From NCBI GenBank assembly GCA_963705425.1, contig CAVPJO010000014.1:925-64924 (forward strand): 64,000 nucleotides of DNA. The letters run 5' to 3'. The notes under the pieces are model-generated. The model was not told the DNA's origin. It saw nothing but the letters and a program-made list of their open reading frames with translations, and searched no databases. The first letter of the stretch is position 1. Each line of letters starts with the position of its first letter. Origin of the DNA: an uncultured Chloroflexia bacterium. GTDB taxonomy: Bacteria > Chloroflexota > Limnocylindria > Limnocylindrales > CSP1-4. Below, piece after piece: positions 59,671 through 64,000 of this stretch. A program made the position numbers and the translations under genes.

Positions 59671-60713
59671 GGCTGCTCACCGAAGCGGACGTCGCTGCCG
59701 TCACGTTTGCGGACCGCGAGTGCGCTCAGGGCCTCCATGGCTACGCGATGAGCGGCCATGGCGGTGACCTCAGCGTGGTCGAAGGGTGGCGCCACCTCGA
59801 CGATGTCCATGCCCGCCAGCCGGACGGCACCGACGACGCGGCGCACGGCACGAAGCAGCTCACGGGTGAGCATGCCCCCCGGTTCTGGCGTGCCGGTACC
59901 GGGCGCCATGGCCGGATCCAGGACGTCGATGTCGACCGAGAGGTAGATGAGCTCAGGACCATCGAGTGCTTCGGCGATGGCATCGTCGATGACGGCCTCA
60001 GCGCCACGTTCCTCGATCTCGCGCATGAGGTGCCAGCGCATGCCCTGTCCGGCCATCCAATCGAGGACCTGCTGGGGTGGCCAGTAGCCGCGGAGGCCGA
60101 CTTGCACGAAATTGCGACCGGCCACGGCCCCGGATTCGATGAGCCGGCGCATCGGCGTGCCGTGCCCCGAGAGCACCCCCCACGATGAGTCGGCGGTGTC
60201 GGCGTGGGCATCGAAATGGACGATCCCGATACTGCACGGATGCTGCACCTGAGCGATGGCACTGGCCGATGGCCAGGTGATGGAGTGGTCACCGCCGAGG
60301 ACGATGGGCACGGCGCCGCTCGCGGCCACTTCGCGGACCTTGTCGAAGATCATGGCGTGCCCACGATGGAGCCAGGCGGGCACGATGTCTGCGTCGCCCG
60401 CATCGACCACATCGAGGTACTGCCAGACATCGACATCGAGCTGAAGGGACTGGGCACCGGCCTGGTAGGTGCCGTTGCGGATGGCTCGCGGCCCGAAGCG
60501 AGCTCCGGGACGATGGCTGACGGCATCATCGAAGGGAGCGCCGATGATGGCCACGTCGGGTGCCCGGGAGCGCAGCTCGGCGCGGTCTTCCACGAGGGGC
60601 CGCTTGCCGAACGTCGTGGAACCCACGTAGACGGGCCGGTCCTCGTCACGGAAACGTGGGTAGTCGGTGTCCCAGCCATTGATGGCGGCGTAGTCGGGTC
60701 GGTGGTCGGTCAA
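59667..60713 (-). CDS. Arginase/agmatinase/ureohydrolase-family enzyme (agmatinase-like)
   Basis: ORF 59667..60821: GAPFDDAVSHRPGARFGP, LGGDHSITWP, HFDAHADT, SVDIDVLDPAMAPGTGTPEPGG. TTG 60713 has GGAGGA 9 nt upstream, whereas ATG 60821 would overlap the upstream gene. The stop overlaps the next GTG (GTGA). Confidence 0.9.
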   Translation of the reverse strand: MTDHRPDYAAINGWDTDYPRFRDEDRPVYVGSTTFGKRPLVEDRAELRSRAPDVAIIGAPFDDAVSHRPGARFGPRAIRNGTYQAGAQSLQLDVDVWQYLDVVDAGDADIVPAWLHRGHAMIFDKVREVAASGAVPIVLGGDHSITWPSASAIAQVQHPCSIGIVHFDAHADTADSSWGVLSGHGTPMRRLIESGAVAGRNFVQVGLRGYWPPQQVLDWMAGQGMRWHLMREIEERGAEAVIDDAIAEALDGPELIYLSVDIDVLDPAMAPGTGTPEPGGMLTRELLRAVRRVVGAVRLAGMDIVEVAPPFDHAEVTAMAAHRVAMEALSALAVRKRDGSDVRFGEQP

Positions 60714-60780
60714 TGGGATCGCATCCTCCAGGCGCTCATTGTGCGCCCGCTCGGTCGCGCGTGACCGCGACCGCTCGCCT

Positions 60781-61137
60781 TCAGCGCCGCATCGTGAAGC
60801 CGGCTTCGATGAGCACGGCACCGACGACGAGGAAGATGACCACCGGTGCGGTCACCACGTCGATGGCGCGAAGGATCACCAGGATGGCCATGAACGTCCC
60901 GACCAGCACGCAGCGCCGAGCCGAGGTGGCGAGCGCTCCGGGCCTGTGGCGGGTCGCCGACCAGAGCAGCGGCCACAGGGTCAGGCCGACGGCGGCACCG
61001 AGCGCGATGGCGCCGAGTAGCTGGGCGCCAGCATCGCCGGCCGGGGAGACCATGGTGAGCACGAAGGCGACCACGAACCAGGCAGCGATGGCGGCGCTCA
61101 CGAGGATGATCGTGACCGTGCGATCTTGGGCTGACAC
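60781..61137 (-). CDS. Hypothetical small membrane protein (about four TM helices)
   Basis: ORF 60781..61197, with GTG 61137 taken to avoid overlap with the helicase 3' end. Hydrophobic helices: IILVSAAIAAWFVVAFVL, LLGAIALGAAVGLTLWPLLW, VLVGTFMAILVIL, VVIFLVVGAVLI. Confidence 0.5.
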   Translation of the reverse strand: MSAQDRTVTIILVSAAIAAWFVVAFVLTMVSPAGDAGAQLLGAIALGAAVGLTLWPLLWSATRHRPGALATSARRCVLVGTFMAILVILRAIDVVTAPVVIFLVVGAVLIEAGFTMRR

Positions 61138-61160
61138 CGGCCGGAGTGTAATCCCGCTGC

Positions 61161-64000
61161 TCACGGCGCCGCCGGACAGATGCGCCGGTACGGGCACCAG
61201 TCGCAGGCGGGAAAGCCGGGCGTGGCATCGAAGTCGCCGGCACGGATCCCGACCGCGGCCCTCTCCACCTTCTTACGGGCACTGTCGAGTTGACGTTTCG
61301 TCGGCGATACCCTGCCGATGACGTCGCCTTCGAGGAAATGCAGCTCGACCGCGGCGGGGGGCACGTCGTGCTCTGCCTCCCAGGCCAGCGCGTAGAGCTG
61401 GAGCTGTAGGGAGCTGCGAGCACGCTGTCGTGCTCGTTCCGGGTCGCGCGTGTCACCGGATTTGTAGTCGGTGATGACCAGACCATCGGGGGTCTGACGT
61501 ACCACGTCGTAGCGACCACGCACATGATCTCTTCCGATTTGTACCGAGAACGGCTGCTCGACTGAAACGATGGCGTCCGATGCAGCGCCCGCTCGCTCGG
61601 CGAAATGGGCCAGTGCCATCCTGCCCGCCTCGAAACGAGCGGCCTCGTGTTCTTGCGACAGGAAGCCTTCGCTCTGCCAGTGTGCCGCGAGCGTTTCCTC
61701 GAGCAGCGTCGCTTCGACCCGCTGACCTCGAAGGCGCCGGACGTTGCCAGCGGCCACCGACTGGTGCAAGGCGTTGCCGAAGACCAGCGCGTGGTTTGGC
61801 GGTGTGGGCACGTGGACCCGGTGCCGCAGCCGGTACTTCAGCGGACACGAGAGATAGTCGTCGATCTGCGTGAAGCTCAGCGTCAACGGTGCCTCGGGAC
61901 CGGACGCGAGCGGGGCGGGAGTGGCTGGATCGGCATGGGCTGGAGCCTGGAGCAAGGCAAGTGGTGGAGGCGCCGCGGCATCGTCGACCTCATGGCCCAG
62001 GGCTTCGGCGAGGAAGCCGGAGGGTCGCCGCAGACGACCACCGGAACGACCGTTGGCGGCGTGGCTGAGGATGAGTTCGTCGCGGGCACGCGTCAGGGCC
62101 ACGTAGAACAGGCGCCGCTCCTCGGCCCGGTGGGCGTCTGCATCGCGAGCAGGGACCCCGCTGCTGAGTGCGGCCGGCAGTGTCAGCAGGTCGCGGCGGG
62201 CACGTACCGGGAAGCGACCCTCGGCGACGCCGACGACGTAGACGATCGAGAACTCGAGCCCCTTGGCCTGGTGAACGGTCAAGACCGAGACGGCCTCGGC
62301 CGCTTCGTCGTCTATGGGCGCTACCGGATCGTGGCCCGCGTCGATCAGGGCCCGCAGGGCAGGCACGACCATGGCCAGCCGTGCGTCACTGACCAGGTCC
62401 GACTGCTCCTTGACGATCTCGAACAAGCGGGCGATACGCCGCAGCGGTCCGTCGTCGCCTCGCTCGGCCGCAGCCACCAGCCGCTTGAGCCAGCCGCTCC
62501 GCCGCAGATGGTTGTAGAGCACGACCGGGGCCGGCTGTTCATGTGCCTGCTCGATGGATTCCCGTACGTCCTCCACGACGCGACCGAGGTGCTGGCGCGT
62601 ATCTGGCCGAGACGCGCAGCAGGCCGGGCTGCTCGGCCAGATCGGTGATCAGCGCCCAGAGGCTGCGACGCTTCGGATTCGGCGGTCTCGCAGATGAGCG
62701 TGAGGTCCTCACCCCCCAGTCCGTAGGGCTCCGAGGTGAGCAGACCGTACAGGTCCTCAGACGAGCCCGGCGCTGCGATGGTCCGCATCAGGCTCATGAC
62801 GTCGCGCACCTCGCGGTGAGCGAGCAGGCCCGAGGCACCGGAGAACCGCCGCGGGATGCCGACCACGTCAAGGCTGGCCAGGACCGGAGCGGCATCTGTC
62901 GGCTTGGTACGCACGAGCACGGCCATGGCTCCCGGCGCCGTTCCGTGCTCCAGCCGTCGCTTGATGTCAGCAGCCACGGCATCGGCTTCGTCGCTCACCG
63001 TGCGATAGGCGTGGTGAGCGACCAGGGCTGGGCGTCGTGCACGACGCACGGCAGTCAACGTCTTGTCGAGGCCGCGCTGGACTTCGAGCCGGTCCGGGTC
63101 GTTGTGGCGGATGAGGCGCCGGGCCGCCTCCAGGATGGGTTTGTGGGACCGGTAGTTGCGGCGCAACACGACATCCTTGACCGAGTCGTAGGAAGCGTCG
63201 AGCCCGGCCAGGCCCTGCCCCACCGCGCCACGGAACGAGTAGATGGCCTGGTCATCGTCGCCGACGAACATGACGTTGCCCCGTGCCCCCACCAGGCGAC
63301 GCACCAGCCGCATCTGTTGCCGGTTCGCGTCTTGTGCTTCATCGACGACCACGTAGCGGAAACGCCGGCGCAAGGACAACCGTACCGCGGGCCGTTCGTC
63401 GAGCAGACGCACAGCCTCCGCCACCTGGTCGCCATGATCGATGAGCGATCGCTCTGCGAGCAGCCGTTGGTACGCGGCGTAGGCTCCGGCCAACTCGGCG
63501 CTCGAGGCTGCCTCATCGAGCAGTGCCTCGACCGCCTCGTGCACGGCCTCCTCGCTGGCCTCCTCGAGTGGCGGCCCGAGCCCCGGCGCCCAGCTCGGCA
63601 GCGTAGGCGGCCAGCTCGTCGGGGGTCACGCCCTCTTCCTTGGCTCGGCCGAACAGGTCGACCAGGGAGCCGATGAACTTGGTCGGGATCACCCAGCGGC
63701 AGGAAGCGCTTCAGGCCGAGCGCGAAGACGTTGTCTCGCAGGAGCACCATCGCCTGCGAGCGCCCGATGACCTGGGGGTCGTCTGGCCGGCCGATGGCAT
63801 GACCATGTTCCCGCAGCAGCCAGTCGCCGAAGGCATGGAAGGTGTGGATGGCCGTGTCCGCCTGTCCGTAGGGCACGAGCAGGTCGACACGCGCCTGCAT
63901 CTCCTCGGCGGCACGCTCGGTGAAGGTCAGGGCCAGGATCTCCGACGGCCGCGCTCGCTTGCTGGCGATGAGCCAGGCCACACGGCGGGTGATGACCTCG
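61161..64000 (-). CDS. UvrD/Rep-family helicase fused to a C-terminal PD-(D/E)XK (Cas4/AddB-like, 4-Cys) nuclease; 5'-partial at the window edge, at least four frame breaks
   Basis: Pieces: ILALTFTERAAEEM (ORF 63055..63981); RYVVVDEAQDAN, VGDDDQAIYSFRG, RNYRS (ORF 62345..63544); VHQAKGLEFSIVYVVG, LFYVALTRARD, SCPLKYRLR, GRYDVV..LVITDYKSG, QLQLYALA, CDWCPYRRIC (ORF 61161..62576). Confidence 0.85.

Overview
64-kb window from a GC-rich bacterial chromosome. Codon third positions are mostly G/C and GGAGG-type Shine-Dalgarno sites are common. Gene content and the RpoD/FtsH architecture look Chloroflexota- or Actinomycetota-like, but that is only an impression. I can support about 60 protein-coding genes or gene remnants, one tRNA-Met(CAT), two palindromic candidate operators and one hairpin terminator. 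I saw no rRNA, CRISPR array, transposase, integrase or prophage genes.

Gene content, left to right:
- An apparently fused msrA-msrB, a secreted beta-propeller protein and a cytochrome b561.
- An accessory-looking stretch (4.7-20.2 kb). It holds two paralogous unknown proteins bracketing a tandem-MBL gene, a lipoprotein and a UbiA prenyltransferase. It also holds a META-domain protein, DUF1858, URO-D-like and Mth938-like genes, rpoD, and two truncated remnants (a GT1 glycosyltransferase and a class III cyclase).
- A tightly packed minus-strand array: TrpB2, NUDIX, NfeD, SPFH, HipA-like kinase, DUF3037.
- ThpR, HAD, a DnaB-C-domain-only ATPase, an M20 dipeptidase, ftsH and tRNA-Met.
- A FtsB-like gene, an MrfA/MrfB-like helicase-exonuclease pair and an OpuC-type betaine ABC transporter.
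- A myo-inositol catabolism locus (iolE-like, iolD, a transaldolase-family gene, iolB, iolG-like, sugar ABC transporter, LacI regulator, PfkB kinase).
- A translationally coupled array: ychF, 2-hydroxyacid dehydrogenase, DUF2342 metalloprotease, murI, receiver-ParA ATPase, methyltransferase, agmatinase-family enzyme.
- A UvrD-like helicase fused to a Cas4-like nuclease, running off the right edge.

Main caveat: roughly 45-50 +/-1 frame breaks interrupt otherwise recognisable genes, and they are strongly clustered. Many CDS coordinates below are therefore reconstructions across several ORF-track frames. All family assignments come from reading motifs by eye, not from database searches.

The most interesting candidates for undescribed biology are:
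- the NfeD-SPFH-HipA-like-DUF3037 module;
- the convergent paralog pair bracketing a 5.8 kb block;
- an ~85-residue insertion in sigma region 3;
- the proline-rich DnaB-C-only ATPase with a perfect palindrome upstream;
- the transaldolase-family gene embedded in the iol operon.
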